From assembly GCA_965219385.1 (NCBI GenBank), contig CBDCNM010000002.1, positions 220,639 to 284,638 on the forward strand: a stretch of 64,000 bases of DNA. The letters run 5' to 3'. The notes beneath the pieces were generated by a model, which saw only the letters and a list, made by a program, of their open reading frames with translations, made no database searches and had not been told where the DNA came from. The position numbers were made by a program, and so were the translations under genes. Shown here piece after piece: positions 9,642 through 19,796 of the stretch; position 1 is the first letter of the stretch, and every line of letters begins with the position of its first letter. The stretch is from Candidatus Latescibacterota bacterium. GTDB taxonomy: Bacteria; Latescibacterota; UBA2968; UBA8231.

Positions 9642-9670
9642 TTGACATTTCCCTGCTGGTAAGGTATCAT
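9642..9670 (+). promoter_or_regulatory. sigma70 promoter
   Basis: TTGACA-17bp-TATCAT, followed by AAGGAGG and the ATG at 9694. Confidence 0.75.
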
Positions 9671-9693
9671 ACCGGTGTTAAAGGAGGAGACCC

Positions 9694-10488
9694 ATGAGCC
9701 AGGACATCAGTCGCGTGCTGGAGGAGTGGGAGTTTGATCCCGAGGCCAATGTGCGCAGGGTGTGGGGAGATGATGGGGTTCAGAAGGTGCAGGTAAGGAT
9801 CGACCAGGGTGCCTTTCAGGGAATTCTGCAGCTGAGCCTGGATGGTCGGCCGGACGGAAAAAGACCCCATGGATTCGAGTTCGTACTGGATTACTATCGC
9901 CACACCCTGGAGAAATATCGCCGGGCGCACGAGGGGCATGAGACGGGTTTTTCCCTCGACCGGCAGGCCTGTGAAGAGCTCTTCGACGAGGGGGTCCGGG
10001 TGTACGGACGGTATGGATTCCTGCTACAGCTCAACAAAGATTACGAACGGGTCATCCGCGATACCGAGCGCAATATGGGACTTTTCCGCTTTGTCAATGC
10101 CTATGCTCAGGAGGAGGAGGACCGGTCGAATCTGGAAAAATGGTGGCCCTATATCCTCCGCATTCACGCCACCGCCCGGGCGCTGCTGGCCTGCCAGAAG
10201 GAAAACTTCGACCAGGCTCTCGAAGTCGTTCGAGAGGCCAGGGAGAAAATCGATGAATTGCCGGAAGTGGAAGCCGAGGAGTTCTTCATTGAACGCGAGC
10301 GTTCTCAGCAGGCCTTGGTCGAACTCGAGAAAGAACTACAGAATAGTAAACCGCTGAGCCATAAAGAGCAGCTGCAACAGGACCTTCAGGATGCCATCGA
10401 GCGCGAAGAGTTCGAAAGGGCAGCCTTACTCCGGGACGAGTTGAAGGAGTTGGGGGCGCCGAACCAGGATCGGGATGTGGACAATTAA
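9694..10488 (+). CDS. Conserved protein with C-terminal UvrB/UvrC (UVR) motif; paralog of 28503-29279
   Basis: Strong RBS; C-terminal LQDAIEREEFERAALLRDEL; GRPDG motif shared with the paralog. Confidence 0.8.
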   Translation: MSQDISRVLEEWEFDPEANVRRVWGDDGVQKVQVRIDQGAFQGILQLSLDGRPDGKRPHGFEFVLDYYRHTLEKYRRAHEGHETGFSLDRQACEELFDEGVRVYGRYGFLLQLNKDYERVIRDTERNMGLFRFVNAYAQEEEDRSNLEKWWPYILRIHATARALLACQKENFDQALEVVREAREKIDELPEVEAEEFFIERERSQQALVELEKELQNSKPLSHKEQLQQDLQDAIEREEFERAALLRDELKELGAPNQDRDVDN

Positions 10489-10514
10489 GCAATGGTGGGG
10501 GGCACACTGGTCAA

Positions 10515-11447
10515 TCAAGACCAGTACAAACAGGCCGATTCCGACAAATCCCAACAGTCCGGTAGCCGCGAATCACTACACACTCCGGTCTCGTCGATCA
10601 GAGCTAGAAGCGCCTGGCAGCGGGCCGGGTGGCGGAGTTTGCTGAGGGCGCGCTCCTTGAGCTGGCGCACCCGCTCGCGGGTCAGATTCATCAGGCCGCC
10701 GATTTGTTCCAGGGTGAGGGCTTCGTTGCCGTCGAGACCAAAGTACAGGCGGATGATGCGCAGCTCGCGCTCATCGAGGCTGTCGAGCACGCCTTCGAGT
10801 TGTTCTCGGGCCGAGTCGCGCAGGATCTCCCCATCGGGGGATTCCTGGCTGTTGTCGACGAGGATATTCAACAGGCTGCGCTCGTCGTCTTGTTCAAAGG
10901 CTTCGTCCAGGGAGCGCACGGTGCGGGCACTGAGCATGGTTTCCACTATCTCCTGGGCCGGTACATCCAGTTCCGCGGCGATTTCTTCTACATCGGGATC
11001 CGCTTCACGGCCCTGCCCCAGCCGTCGGGAAGCCTTGGATATATCCTTGAGCAGACTCAGTTTGTTGAGGGGCAGACGCACGGTGCGAGCGTGTTCGGCA
11101 ATGGTCTGAAGAATGGATTGTTTGATCCACCACACTGCGTAGGAGATGAACTTGTAGCCCTTGGCCCCGTCAAAGCGTTCGGCCGCGGTGAGCAACCCCA
11201 CGTTGCCGGCGCTGATCAGGTCGGAAAGCGACAGCCCCCGGTTCTGGTAATTCTTGGCCACGTCGACCACAAAACGCAGATTGGCCTGGACCAGTTCGTC
11301 GCGGGCATTCACGTCGCCTTTTTTGATGCGGGCAGCCAGCTCGATTTCTTTTTCGCGCGCGAGCGGCTTTGAATCAGCGATATCATCGAAATAGAGGCGC
11401 AGCGTGTTTTCTTCATCGTTCAGTACTTCCTGCATAGCGTAGCCCAT
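10515..11447 (-). CDS. Alternative sigma70 factor (group 2/RpoS-like, no region 1.1)
   Basis: ANLRFVVDVAK, DLISAGNVGL, KFISYAVWWIKQ, LTRERVRQL. Confidence 0.93.
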   Translation of the reverse strand: MGYAMQEVLNDEENTLRLYFDDIADSKPLAREKEIELAARIKKGDVNARDELVQANLRFVVDVAKNYQNRGLSLSDLISAGNVGLLTAAERFDGAKGYKFISYAVWWIKQSILQTIAEHARTVRLPLNKLSLLKDISKASRRLGQGREADPDVEEIAAELDVPAQEIVETMLSARTVRSLDEAFEQDDERSLLNILVDNSQESPDGEILRDSAREQLEGVLDSLDERELRIIRLYFGLDGNEALTLEQIGGLMNLTRERVRQLKERALSKLRHPARCQALLALIDETGVCSDSRLPDCWDLSESACLYWS

Positions 11448-11466
11448 TTACCCCTCTCTTCTCTAT

Positions 11467-11985
11467 TTAGGAGACGGTATGTGACGACAACAGGTGATAA
11501 AGATCCTGCGAAGAAGCGCAGTGCAGCAAAGCGTTTTTGAATTCTATGTTGGTGAAGGTTCGGGCCAGGGTGGCCAGGAGTGAAATATACTGGTGGGAAG
11601 CGCGTGCCGGCACGGCGATGAGGCAGAGCAGCTGGATGGATCCGCGCTCATCGCCCGAAGGAAAATCAATGGGCCGGCGGGCAATCCCCAGCGCCATTCC
11701 CATCTGATTGACGGCCAGGCTGCGAGCATGGGGAAGGGCCACATCGTGCAGAATGGTGCTGTGAAGGGCTTCCCTTTCAAGAACGGATTGCAGAAAACTG
11801 AGACTATCTTCAACCACACCTTTGGCGTGCAACCGGTCTACCAGTTCCTTGATGGCCCCGATTTTGGTGTCTGCATCCAAGTTGGGAACCAGGAGATCAG
11901 GGTCTATGATTTCCTCAATCGTGGTCAGGCCATTCCGTGCAATTCTTGCATCGGAAGTGGAAAAACCTTGATACGTAACGGCCAA
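11467..11985 (-). CDS. Stand-alone PTS EIIA (fructose/nitrogen-type) domain protein
   Basis: VLERE...VALPHAR phospho-His motif; start codon uncertain. Confidence 0.85.
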   Translation of the reverse strand: MAVTYQGFSTSDARIARNGLTTIEEIIDPDLLVPNLDADTKIGAIKELVDRLHAKGVVEDSLSFLQSVLEREALHSTILHDVALPHARSLAVNQMGMALGIARRPIDFPSGDERGSIQLLCLIAVPARASHQYISLLATLARTFTNIEFKNALLHCASSQDLYHLLSSHTVS

Positions 11986-12264
11986 AATCTCTTCTTTCTT
12001 CAGAACTTACAAATAGTTCCAGAAAAAGGTGCAAAAGGTGCAAAAATTGCGGTGCTGGATTTTGATCCTTGCCCTAGGCAATCTACCCGGCGCGCTTGTA
12101 GGTGCGGAAAAAATCTCGCTAGTCCTGGATAGACACAAGGTTAAAAATCTCAACGGAATTTGTCTACGAGATTCTGCCCCAAGGTGGGACGCGATTTATC
12201 GCGGTTGTAGCCCCTTCGCAGCCGCTCTCGGGGCACAAAGTGAATTGCCGTATAGGCTCTTAGC

Positions 12265-12280
12265 TGCAAATCCGGTACCA
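12265..12280 (-). promoter_or_regulatory. sigma54 promoter for the EIIA-sigma70 operon
   Basis: Minus strand TGGTAC-CGGAT-TTGCA; GG-N10-GC spacing intact, one mismatch to consensus. Confidence 0.75.
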
Positions 12281-12378
12281 ACAAGTTTTTTAAAAAATTA
12301 ACACATTGTTAAATAGGAGGTTATGCATTGCAAACAATAAAATAGGGGAAAAAGTAGAAAGCGCAAGACAGATAAAAG

Positions 12379-12393
12379 GTGCAAATCTTGCAC
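12379..12393. promoter_or_regulatory. Palindromic enhancer candidate for the adjacent NtrC-type regulator
   Basis: GTGCAA-ATC-TTGCAC about 100 bp upstream of the sigma54 site; related GTGCAA-AAA-TTGCGG at 12038-12052. Confidence 0.55.
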
Positions 12394-12424
12394 TGGAAGA
12401 AGCCAGCAGTATTCCGCAGGCTTT

Positions 12425-13783
12425 TCAATTGATATTGTACTGTTTCAATTTGTACTGGAGCGAACGCACGCTGATCCCCAGCATGGCCGCGACCTCGCGG
12501 CGATTGGAGGTGACGCGCTCCAGGGTTTGGCGGATCAACTCCGCTTCTACTTCCTGGATGGAACTCCCTAGTTTTATGGTGAAGTGTCTCGCGCCCGGTT
12601 CCGTTTCTCCGAGGACCTCGGGCAGGTGTGGAGGCCGGATGACCTTGCCAGGGCAGGTGACGACCAGACGTTGAATCAGATTGCGGAGTTCGCGAACATT
12701 GCCCGGCCAGGAATGGTTGATCAGGTGTTCCACGGCCTCCGGGCTTATCTTTTTGCGGGTTTGTGCATGGGCCCGGCAGGATTCTTCGAGAAATATTTCT
12801 ACCAGGATGGGAATGTCGGCGCGGCGCTCGCGCAAGGGCGGAATGTCGATGGGTATTACTTCAAGACGATAGTAGAGATCCTCGCGAAATATGCCTTCCT
12901 CGACCCCGGCTCTCAGATCGCGGTTGGTGGCCGCGATAATGCGGACATCGGCGCTGTAGACCTTGGTAGCGCCCAGAGGCTGGTATTCCCTGGCTTCCAG
13001 GGCTCGCAAAAGCTCTACCTGGTTTTTGAGCGGCACCTCGCCGATTTCGTCCAGGAAAAGGGTGCCGCTCTCGGCCAGGGCAAAGCGGCCGGGTCGATCG
13101 GCGTGCGCCCCTGTAAAAGCCCCGCGGATGTGGCCGAAGAGCTCGCTGGAGAACAACTCTTCGGTAAAACCCCCGCAGTTCACGGCCACGAAAGGTCCGT
13201 CCCGACGTTTGCTGCGCTCGTGTATGGTGCGGGCGATCAATTCCTTGCCGGCACCGGTTTCGCCCCGCAAAAGCAAGGGCACGTCGGACATGGCAACCTG
13301 CTTGATGGTCTGGACGGCGGCCTGCATGGCCGGGCTGCGCTGGACTATTTTGCGGAAGGAATCCTGGTTTTCCAGCTGGTGGTGGAGTTTGCGGTTTTCC
13401 TGCATCAACTCGATGCGATCCAGGGCCCGGTCCAGCAGCAGCCGCAGATGGTTGATGTCCACCGGCTTGGTAACAAAATCATAGGCCCCCTTCTTCATGG
13501 CCTCGACCGCCGTGGAGATGCTGCCGTGGGCCGTGAGCAGGATGGTCTGGGTATCGGGATAATTATCGCGGATTTCCTCGAGTAGTTCCATGCCGCTGGG
13601 GCCGGGCATGCGCAAATCCAGGAAGACCAGGTGGTAGGACTTGCCGCTCAACATCTCCCGGGCCTGGTACCCATCTGCAGCCAGGTCGATTTTAAAACCG
13701 GTTTTCTGCAGGGCCTCCTGCAGACCTTCGCGGATGAAAACCTCGTCGTCGGCAATGAGTATGTGAACTTGGCTGGCTGGCAT
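12425..13783 (-). CDS. NtrC/AtoC-family sigma54 response regulator
   Basis: Receiver (IADDE, FLDLRMP), GETGAGKE, GAFTGA, WPGNVREL, HTH. Confidence 0.95.
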   Translation of the reverse strand: MPASQVHILIADDEVFIREGLQEALQKTGFKIDLAADGYQAREMLSGKSYHLVFLDLRMPGPSGMELLEEIRDNYPDTQTILLTAHGSISTAVEAMKKGAYDFVTKPVDINHLRLLLDRALDRIELMQENRKLHHQLENQDSFRKIVQRSPAMQAAVQTIKQVAMSDVPLLLRGETGAGKELIARTIHERSKRRDGPFVAVNCGGFTEELFSSELFGHIRGAFTGAHADRPGRFALAESGTLFLDEIGEVPLKNQVELLRALEAREYQPLGATKVYSADVRIIAATNRDLRAGVEEGIFREDLYYRLEVIPIDIPPLRERRADIPILVEIFLEESCRAHAQTRKKISPEAVEHLINHSWPGNVRELRNLIQRLVVTCPGKVIRPPHLPEVLGETEPGARHFTIKLGSSIQEVEAELIRQTLERVTSNRREVAAMLGISVRSLQYKLKQYNIN

Positions 13784-13792
13784 AGGCTTGGG

Positions 13793-14881
13793 TCAGGCCG
13801 GGCAGGGGAGGCGGATTGAGACCGTGGTTCCCACACCGGCCTGACTTTCTACTTCCAGAGTGCCCCCGTGCTGGTGGAGAATGCGCTGGGCAATGGACAG
13901 GCCCAGGCCGGTGCCCGAATCTTTAGTAGTATAGTAAAACTCGAAAATCCGCTCCAGGTTTTCTTCGGGCACGCCGTGACCGTTGTCCCCGATTTGCAGG
14001 ATGACGGCGCGGCCGGAGCGGTCCAGCCACGATTGCAGGACCACGCGCGGCTGGTACCCGGTTGCCTGAAAGGCGTTGATCAGGATATTCAACAGGGCCT
14101 GACTCAGCTGATTCTCGTCGGCGGTGATGGTCGGCAGATCGTCCTCCAGGTCGAGGACGAGTTCGATGTTGCGCTCCCGGGCTTCGGGTTCGACCAGGGC
14201 AAAAATGTGCCGTAGCAGATCGTTGGGTACCACTTGTTGCAGGTGCAGGGCCGGAGGCCGGGAAAAGCGCAGAAAGTTCTGCACTATGCCGTCCAGCCGG
14301 CGCATTTCCGCCCGGGCGATGTCCAGCCGGCGGCTCACCCTTTCGGCCAGTTCGCCGTCCACCGCGGCGGTATCCTCCTGCAGCAGCTGCAGCTGGATAT
14401 CTATGGCCCCCAGGGGATTGCCGATTTCGTGCGCAACCGATGCCGCCAGGCGGCCCAGGGCGCTCATTTTCTCGATTTGCCAGATCTCGCGTTCGGCGCG
14501 TTTCAGATCGGACACCTCCCTGATGGTCAACATGGTGCCCAGGGGTTGTTCCCGGGCGTCTTTGAGGAGCACGGAGTTGACCCGTAGCCAGCAGGACTCG
14601 CCGGATGGGATTTTGCGCTGGATGTCCTTGTTGCGGGCCATTGTGCCCTGGAGGGCCTGGTGCATGATCCGGTAGAGTTCGTCCTCCGGCTCGAAGAGGT
14701 GCTGGAGCAGGGCGTCTTTGTCGATCTGCAGATCCAGCATGTCCAGAAAGGCCGGATTGACCACCTGAACGCGGCTGTCACCGTCGAGGACCACCACCCC
14801 TTCGGTCAGGCTGGCGAGGATATTCTCCGCGTAGGAATGAGGTGGTAGGGGCGCCGGCGCGGTGCCTTTTGCCGTGGACAT
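13793..14881 (-). CDS. Cytoplasmic PAS histidine kinase
   Basis: PAS region, H-box VAHEIGNPL, N/G boxes (NILINA, DNGHG, GTGLGL); no transmembrane segment visible. Confidence 0.93.
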   Translation of the reverse strand: MSTAKGTAPAPLPPHSYAENILASLTEGVVVLDGDSRVQVVNPAFLDMLDLQIDKDALLQHLFEPEDELYRIMHQALQGTMARNKDIQRKIPSGESCWLRVNSVLLKDAREQPLGTMLTIREVSDLKRAEREIWQIEKMSALGRLAASVAHEIGNPLGAIDIQLQLLQEDTAAVDGELAERVSRRLDIARAEMRRLDGIVQNFLRFSRPPALHLQQVVPNDLLRHIFALVEPEARERNIELVLDLEDDLPTITADENQLSQALLNILINAFQATGYQPRVVLQSWLDRSGRAVILQIGDNGHGVPEENLERIFEFYYTTKDSGTGLGLSIAQRILHQHGGTLEVESQAGVGTTVSIRLPCPA

Positions 14882-14959
14882 ACAAACTCCTTTAATGGCT
14901 CTTATTGACACTGCAACGGGATTTGGCTAGGGTACCCGTTCTTCAGGATAAGCTATATT

Positions 14960-15682
14960 ATGGAGAATATACAAGAGCGCAAGCGCCGCATCCAGGAGAT
15001 GTTCAACAGCATTGCCCGGCGCTACGATCTGCTGAACCACCTGTTGAGTGGGGGAGTGGATATCTACTGGCGCCGTCGGGCCCTGACCCGGGTCCGCCAA
15101 CCCCGACCTCGGCGGATTCTGGACCTGGCTACGGGCACCGGCGATTTTGCCCTCAGTTCCACCCGTCTGCAACCAGAGCGCATCGTCGGGGTGGATGTGG
15201 CCCTGAACATGCTGCATCTGGGGGCCCACAAACTCGGCAGGGGACGGACGGCTGTACCGGTGCAGTTGTTTGGGGGCGACGCCGAGCAGCTGCCTTTCGG
15301 GGATGAGTGTTTCGACCTGGTCACAGTGGCCTTTGGGGTGCGCAACTTTGGTTCCATAAGCGCAGGGTTGGAGGAAGCCTGGCGGGTGCTGCGGTCCGGC
15401 GGCGAGATTCTGGTGCTCGATTTTGCCGAGCCGGAGGCTTGGTTTTTCAGGCGCCTCTACCGTTTCTACTTTACCCGCCTACTGCCCCTGGTAGGCGGGG
15501 TGATTTCGGGCAATCGCCAGGCTTACGCCTACCTGCCCAGATCGGTTGGCACTTTCCCACAAGGACAGGCGTTTTTAGCGCTGCTCGAAAAGGCCGGTTT
15601 TGCCGAAACCGCGGCCACGGCCCTGACCCTGGGAATATCCAGGGTCTACCAAGGCAGGAAGCCGGCGGTGCCGATTGACTAA
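14960..15682 (+). CDS. menG: Demethylmenaquinone methyltransferase (MenG/UbiE)
   Basis: MFNSIARRYDLLNHLLSGG, LDLATGTGD, VAFGVRN, AYAYLPRSV. Confidence 0.93.
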   Translation: MENIQERKRRIQEMFNSIARRYDLLNHLLSGGVDIYWRRRALTRVRQPRPRRILDLATGTGDFALSSTRLQPERIVGVDVALNMLHLGAHKLGRGRTAVPVQLFGGDAEQLPFGDECFDLVTVAFGVRNFGSISAGLEEAWRVLRSGGEILVLDFAEPEAWFFRRLYRFYFTRLLPLVGGVISGNRQAYAYLPRSVGTFPQGQAFLALLEKAGFAETAATALTLGISRVYQGRKPAVPID

Positions 15683-15745
15683 ATAAAGAGGTGTTGGTAT
15701 TATCAATAGATTGCCGCAAGTCGTATATTTTTTCTGGAGCACGTT

Positions 15746-16873
15746 TTGGTCTTCGAGGAGTTGATCGACAAGGTCGGACTGGCGGATATCCATGCCAAGG
15801 TCCTGGCCGGCCAGCGCCTCAGCGCGGAGGATGGGCTGCGCCTGTATGCTTGTGACGACCTTTCCGCTCTGGGCTATCTGGCCAATATAGTGCGCCAGCT
15901 CAAGCATGGAGACACCACTTATTACGTCCGCAACCAGCACATCAACTACACCAATGTCTGCAACAAACTCTGCCGCTTTTGTTCCTTTTATGTAAAGCCG
16001 AAAGACCCGCTCGGGTACGTACTCTCGCCCGAGCAGGTACAGCAGCGCATCCGCGAGTACATGGAGGTGCCGATCAGCGAAATCCACATGGTCGGCGGCG
16101 TCAATCCCAGGCTGCCCTACGACTATTACCTGGACCTGCTGCGCGCCATGAAGGAAGCCCGGCCCCAGGCGCACCTTAAGGCCTTCACCATGATCGAAGT
16201 GGCGCAGATCCAGCGCATCGCCAAAAAGCCGCTGGAAGAGGTCCTGGCGGAAATGAAGGAGGCTGGCCTCGAAAGCCTGCCCGGTGGTGGCGCCGAGGTC
16301 TTCAGCGACCGGGTGCAGGGGGATCTATTCTGGACCAAGAGCGACTCGGAAGAATGGCTGCGGATCGCCGCCGCCGCTCACCGGGTCGGCCTGCCCTCCA
16401 ATGCCACCATGCTCTACGGGCACATCGAAAATACCCGGGAAAAGGTGTACCACCTGAGTCGGCTGCGCGAAATCCAGGATGAGACCGGGGGATTTCTGGC
16501 CTATATCCCGCTCTCTTTCCATCCGGAGCGCACCGAGCTGGAAGACCTGTCCGGTCCCAGTGGGTGCCTGGATTTGAAGGAGATTGCCGTGGGGCGCCTG
16601 ATGCTGGACAATTTCCCCCACGTCAAGACCTTCTGGATCATGAACACCATCGAGATTTCTCAGGTCGCCCTCTGGTACGGGGCCAATGATATCGACGGCA
16701 CCATCATGGATTACGAAATCACCCGCTCCAGTTTTACCGAAACCAGGCAGCGGCTGACCCAGCAGCAGCTGCTGGAGCGGATCGTCGAGGCCGGGCGCAA
16801 ACCCGCGGAGCGCGACAGTCTCTACAATCTCGTCGACGGCGAAAGCCAATTCGCGGAAGAGGCCGCCGGCTGA
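15746..16873 (+). CDS. mqnE: Aminofutalosine synthase (radical SAM)
   Basis: CNKLCRFC, EIHMVGG, LKAFT, PGGGAEVF, SNATMLYGHIE, GANDIDGT. Confidence 0.9.
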   Translation: MVFEELIDKVGLADIHAKVLAGQRLSAEDGLRLYACDDLSALGYLANIVRQLKHGDTTYYVRNQHINYTNVCNKLCRFCSFYVKPKDPLGYVLSPEQVQQRIREYMEVPISEIHMVGGVNPRLPYDYYLDLLRAMKEARPQAHLKAFTMIEVAQIQRIAKKPLEEVLAEMKEAGLESLPGGGAEVFSDRVQGDLFWTKSDSEEWLRIAAAAHRVGLPSNATMLYGHIENTREKVYHLSRLREIQDETGGFLAYIPLSFHPERTELEDLSGPSGCLDLKEIAVGRLMLDNFPHVKTFWIMNTIEISQVALWYGANDIDGTIMDYEITRSSFTETRQRLTQQQLLERIVEAGRKPAERDSLYNLVDGESQFAEEAAG

Positions 16874-16908
16874 GTCAGGATATTCACTCCTTCCCCCCAA
16901 GAGCCCCC

Positions 16909-18051
16909 ATGATTCAGGACATCGCTGCAAAGATCTATCGAGGGGAGCGCATCGACGCGGACGAGGCTTTTCAGCTCTACGCCCATCCGAACCTGGGCGA
17001 GCTGGGTATGCTGGCCGATCTGGTGCGCCGGCGCAAGCACCCCCAACCCATCGTCACCTACAATGTGGGACGGAATATCAACTACACCAATGTGTGCTGG
17101 GTGAAATGCGATTTCTGCGCCTTCTACCGGGCGCCGGGCTCGGAGGAAGGCTATGTGCTGCCGCAGGAGGAGATCTTTGCCAAGATCGACCAGCTGGTGG
17201 ATTTTGGGGGGGACGAACCCAAATCCTGTGAATTGCTCATGCAGGGCGGCCTGAATCCCAGGCTGCGCCTGCACTACTACGAGGATCTCCTGAGCGCGAT
17301 TCGCGACCGCTATCCCATGGTCCAGCTACACTGTCTGTCGGCCACCGAAATCCTCTACATCGCCCACCTTTCGCGGCTCTCCTTGAAAGAGACCATTCAA
17401 CGGTTGCAAGCGGCCGGTCTGGACTCCATCCCGGGGGCCGGCGCCGAGATCCTCAACGACGAGGTGCGGGATATAATCGGCTTTCGCAAGGACCGCACCG
17501 AAGAGTGGCTGGAGGTGCACCGGAGCGCCCATGAACTGGGCATGCGCACCACCGCCACGATGATGTACGGGCACGTGGAAACCCTGGAGCAGCGCCTGGA
17601 ACACCTCCAGCGGCTGCGCGACTTACAGGACGAAACCGGTGTTTTTACAGCCTTCATCGCCTGGAATTTTCAGCCCGACTCCACGGATCTGGGGACCGAT
17701 TCCGCGCGCTGGGACGGGGTAAAGGCCACGGGGTACGACCACTTGCGGACGGTGGCCGTCGCCCGCCTTTTCCTGGACAATATAGACAACTTCCAGGCTT
17801 CCTGGGTGACCCAGGGACCTAAGATCGCGCAGGTCAGCCTGCGCTATGGCATCAACGATTTCGGCAGCACCATGCTGGAAGAGAACGTGGTCAGCGCCGC
17901 CGGTACCAGCCACACCAATGAGATGACCCTGGAGAAAATGGAACAACTGGTCCGCGATGCCGGGTACGAATTGCGTCGGCGCAATACCCGCTATGAGTTC
18001 GTCGGCGCCGATCCCCGGCCGGAAGCCTTGAGAGAGGCCGTTTCCGAATGA
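16909..18051 (+). CDS. mqnC: Cyclic dehypoxanthine futalosine synthase (radical SAM)
   Basis: RNINYTNVCWVKCDFCAFYR, LMQGG, QASWVTQG, DFGSTMLEENVVSAAG. Confidence 0.92.
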   Translation: MIQDIAAKIYRGERIDADEAFQLYAHPNLGELGMLADLVRRRKHPQPIVTYNVGRNINYTNVCWVKCDFCAFYRAPGSEEGYVLPQEEIFAKIDQLVDFGGDEPKSCELLMQGGLNPRLRLHYYEDLLSAIRDRYPMVQLHCLSATEILYIAHLSRLSLKETIQRLQAAGLDSIPGAGAEILNDEVRDIIGFRKDRTEEWLEVHRSAHELGMRTTATMMYGHVETLEQRLEHLQRLRDLQDETGVFTAFIAWNFQPDSTDLGTDSARWDGVKATGYDHLRTVAVARLFLDNIDNFQASWVTQGPKIAQVSLRYGINDFGSTMLEENVVSAAGTSHTNEMTLEKMEQLVRDAGYELRRRNTRYEFVGADPRPEALREAVSE

Positions 18052-18842
18052 GCGTTCGTCTGGGGGCAGTAGCATTTCTGAACGCGCGCCCTCTGGTCGT
18101 ATCCCTGGAGACCAACCCCCGGTTCGAGTTGAGTTATTCAGTCCCGGCGGTCTGTGCCGCCGCGCTGCGGGAGGGGCGGATTGACCTGGGACTCATTCCC
18201 TCCATCGACTACGCCCGCAGTCCAGAGCCTTACTTCATTGTTCCTCAAGTCGCCATTGCCTCCCGTGGGGAAGTGCTCACCGTGCGTCTTTTTTACCAGG
18301 GGGCTCCCGACCAGATCGCACGGGTTGCAGTGGATCTGAGTTCGCTGACCTCGGTGGCTCTGGTGCGGATTCTCCTGCGCGAGCAGTACCAGCTGGATCC
18401 CGAGTTTATCGAGGCCCCGCCCGATCTGGCGGGCATGCTCGAAGTAGCGGATGCGGCGCTGCTCATCGGCGATCCGGTTTTTCGCACCATGGACGCGGAA
18501 CCAGCCAGCCTGGATCTGGGGCGGGAATGGACGGAGTTGACAGGGCTCCCCTTTGTATTTGCTTTCTGGGCCGGGCGCAGGGGGGCGCTCTCGCCGGCCC
18601 AGACGCGGCAACTGGTGCAGGCCGGGCGCCAGGGACAGGGGCAAATTTCCGGGATCGCCAGGGCCTTCCAACAGGAGTGGTCCGGCTCTGCCGAACTCTA
18701 CGAACGCTATCTCAGGGAGCACGTCTATTTCGATCTGGGGAAGGCCGAATTGGCAGGGCTGCACCGGTTCTACGTCCTGGCTTGCGAGCACGGCTTGATC
18801 GAGGCGGTTCCGGAACTGCGCTTTTACCAGATGGAGTGCTAA
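18048..18842 (+). CDS. mqnA: Chorismate dehydratase
   Basis: VAFLNARPL, SLTSVAL, LLIGD, DLGREW..TGLPFVFAFW. Confidence 0.9.
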   Translation: MSVRLGAVAFLNARPLVVSLETNPRFELSYSVPAVCAAALREGRIDLGLIPSIDYARSPEPYFIVPQVAIASRGEVLTVRLFYQGAPDQIARVAVDLSSLTSVALVRILLREQYQLDPEFIEAPPDLAGMLEVADAALLIGDPVFRTMDAEPASLDLGREWTELTGLPFVFAFWAGRRGALSPAQTRQLVQAGRQGQGQISGIARAFQQEWSGSAELYERYLREHVYFDLGKAELAGLHRFYVLACEHGLIEAVPELRFYQMEC

Positions 18843-18846
18843 AGGG

Positions 18847-19737
18847 ATGAGCCTGTTGAACGCGGTCGTGGTCTATGGCCGCATGATCAAGTTTTCCCAC
18901 AGCATCTTCGCGTTGCCCTTTGCTTTCAGCGGCGCTGTTATGGCGGCGACTCAGATTGCTATAAGTCCGGGACAGATCGGCTGGATTGCGGTGGCCATGG
19001 TCGGGGCGCGCAGCGCGGCCATGGGCTTCAACCGCCTGGTGGACCGACACATCGACGCGGCCAATCCACGCACTCGGAATCGGGATTTGCCCCGCGGGGT
19101 TGTATCGCCTCTGGCGGTAGGACTTTTCGTGCTGCTCTCGGCGGCCGTGCTGGTGCTGGCGGCTTCTCAGCTCAATCCGCTCTGCCTGTCCCTGTCCCCC
19201 CTGGTTCTGGGCATCCTGTTCTCTTATTCCCTGACCAAGCGTTTCACCTGGGCATCCCACTTGATCCTGGGTCTGTGTCTGGGAGGAGCCCCTCTGGGCG
19301 CTTGGATCGCCATCACCGGCGGCTTTGATCTGGTGCCGATTCTTCTGGGCCTGGCGGTTCTGAGCTGGGTCGCCGGCTTCGATATCATCTATGCGTGTCA
19401 GGACTTCCAGTTCGATCGGGCCTCCGGGTTGCATTCCATCCCGATCCGTTTCGGCCTGGCCGGCGCCCTGCACATCGCCCGGATTTTGCATCTGGTTGCC
19501 GCGGTTTTGTGGGTGGTGGTGGGGCAGGTGATGGGGTTGAACCTGATCTATTTTGCCGGGGTGGCCGTGGTCGCGGGTTTGCTGGTCTACGAACACCGGC
19601 TGGTCAGAGCCGAGGACATGTCCAGGGTGGGGATGGCATTCCAGACCATGAACGGCATCATCAGCGTGGTCTACTTCGCGTTTATTTTGGCGGATCTTTT
19701 GATTCTGGGCGATGCTACGGCCCTGCTAAAACTATGA
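18847..19737 (+). CDS. mqnP: UbiA-family prenyltransferase (MqnP-type)
   Basis: MIKFSHSIFALPFA, ARSAAMGFNRLVDRHIDAANPRT, FDIIYACQD. Confidence 0.9.
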   Translation: MSLLNAVVVYGRMIKFSHSIFALPFAFSGAVMAATQIAISPGQIGWIAVAMVGARSAAMGFNRLVDRHIDAANPRTRNRDLPRGVVSPLAVGLFVLLSAAVLVLAASQLNPLCLSLSPLVLGILFSYSLTKRFTWASHLILGLCLGGAPLGAWIAITGGFDLVPILLGLAVLSWVAGFDIIYACQDFQFDRASGLHSIPIRFGLAGALHIARILHLVAAVLWVVVGQVMGLNLIYFAGVAVVAGLLVYEHRLVRAEDMSRVGMAFQTMNGIISVVYFAFILADLLILGDATALLKL

Positions 19738-19796
19738 GTTAAAGACTCGGACCAGCAAATTAACTCTCGGACGAACCCTGAAGGAGTGCTTTTCTG

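Noticed and set aside
12160..12255. c-di-GMP-I riboswitch (GTGGGACGC)
   Set aside because: It is on the wrong strand for the downstream gene and lacks the GCAAA/GAAA elements. GTGGGACGCGATTTATCGCG looks like a solitary REP-like palindrome.
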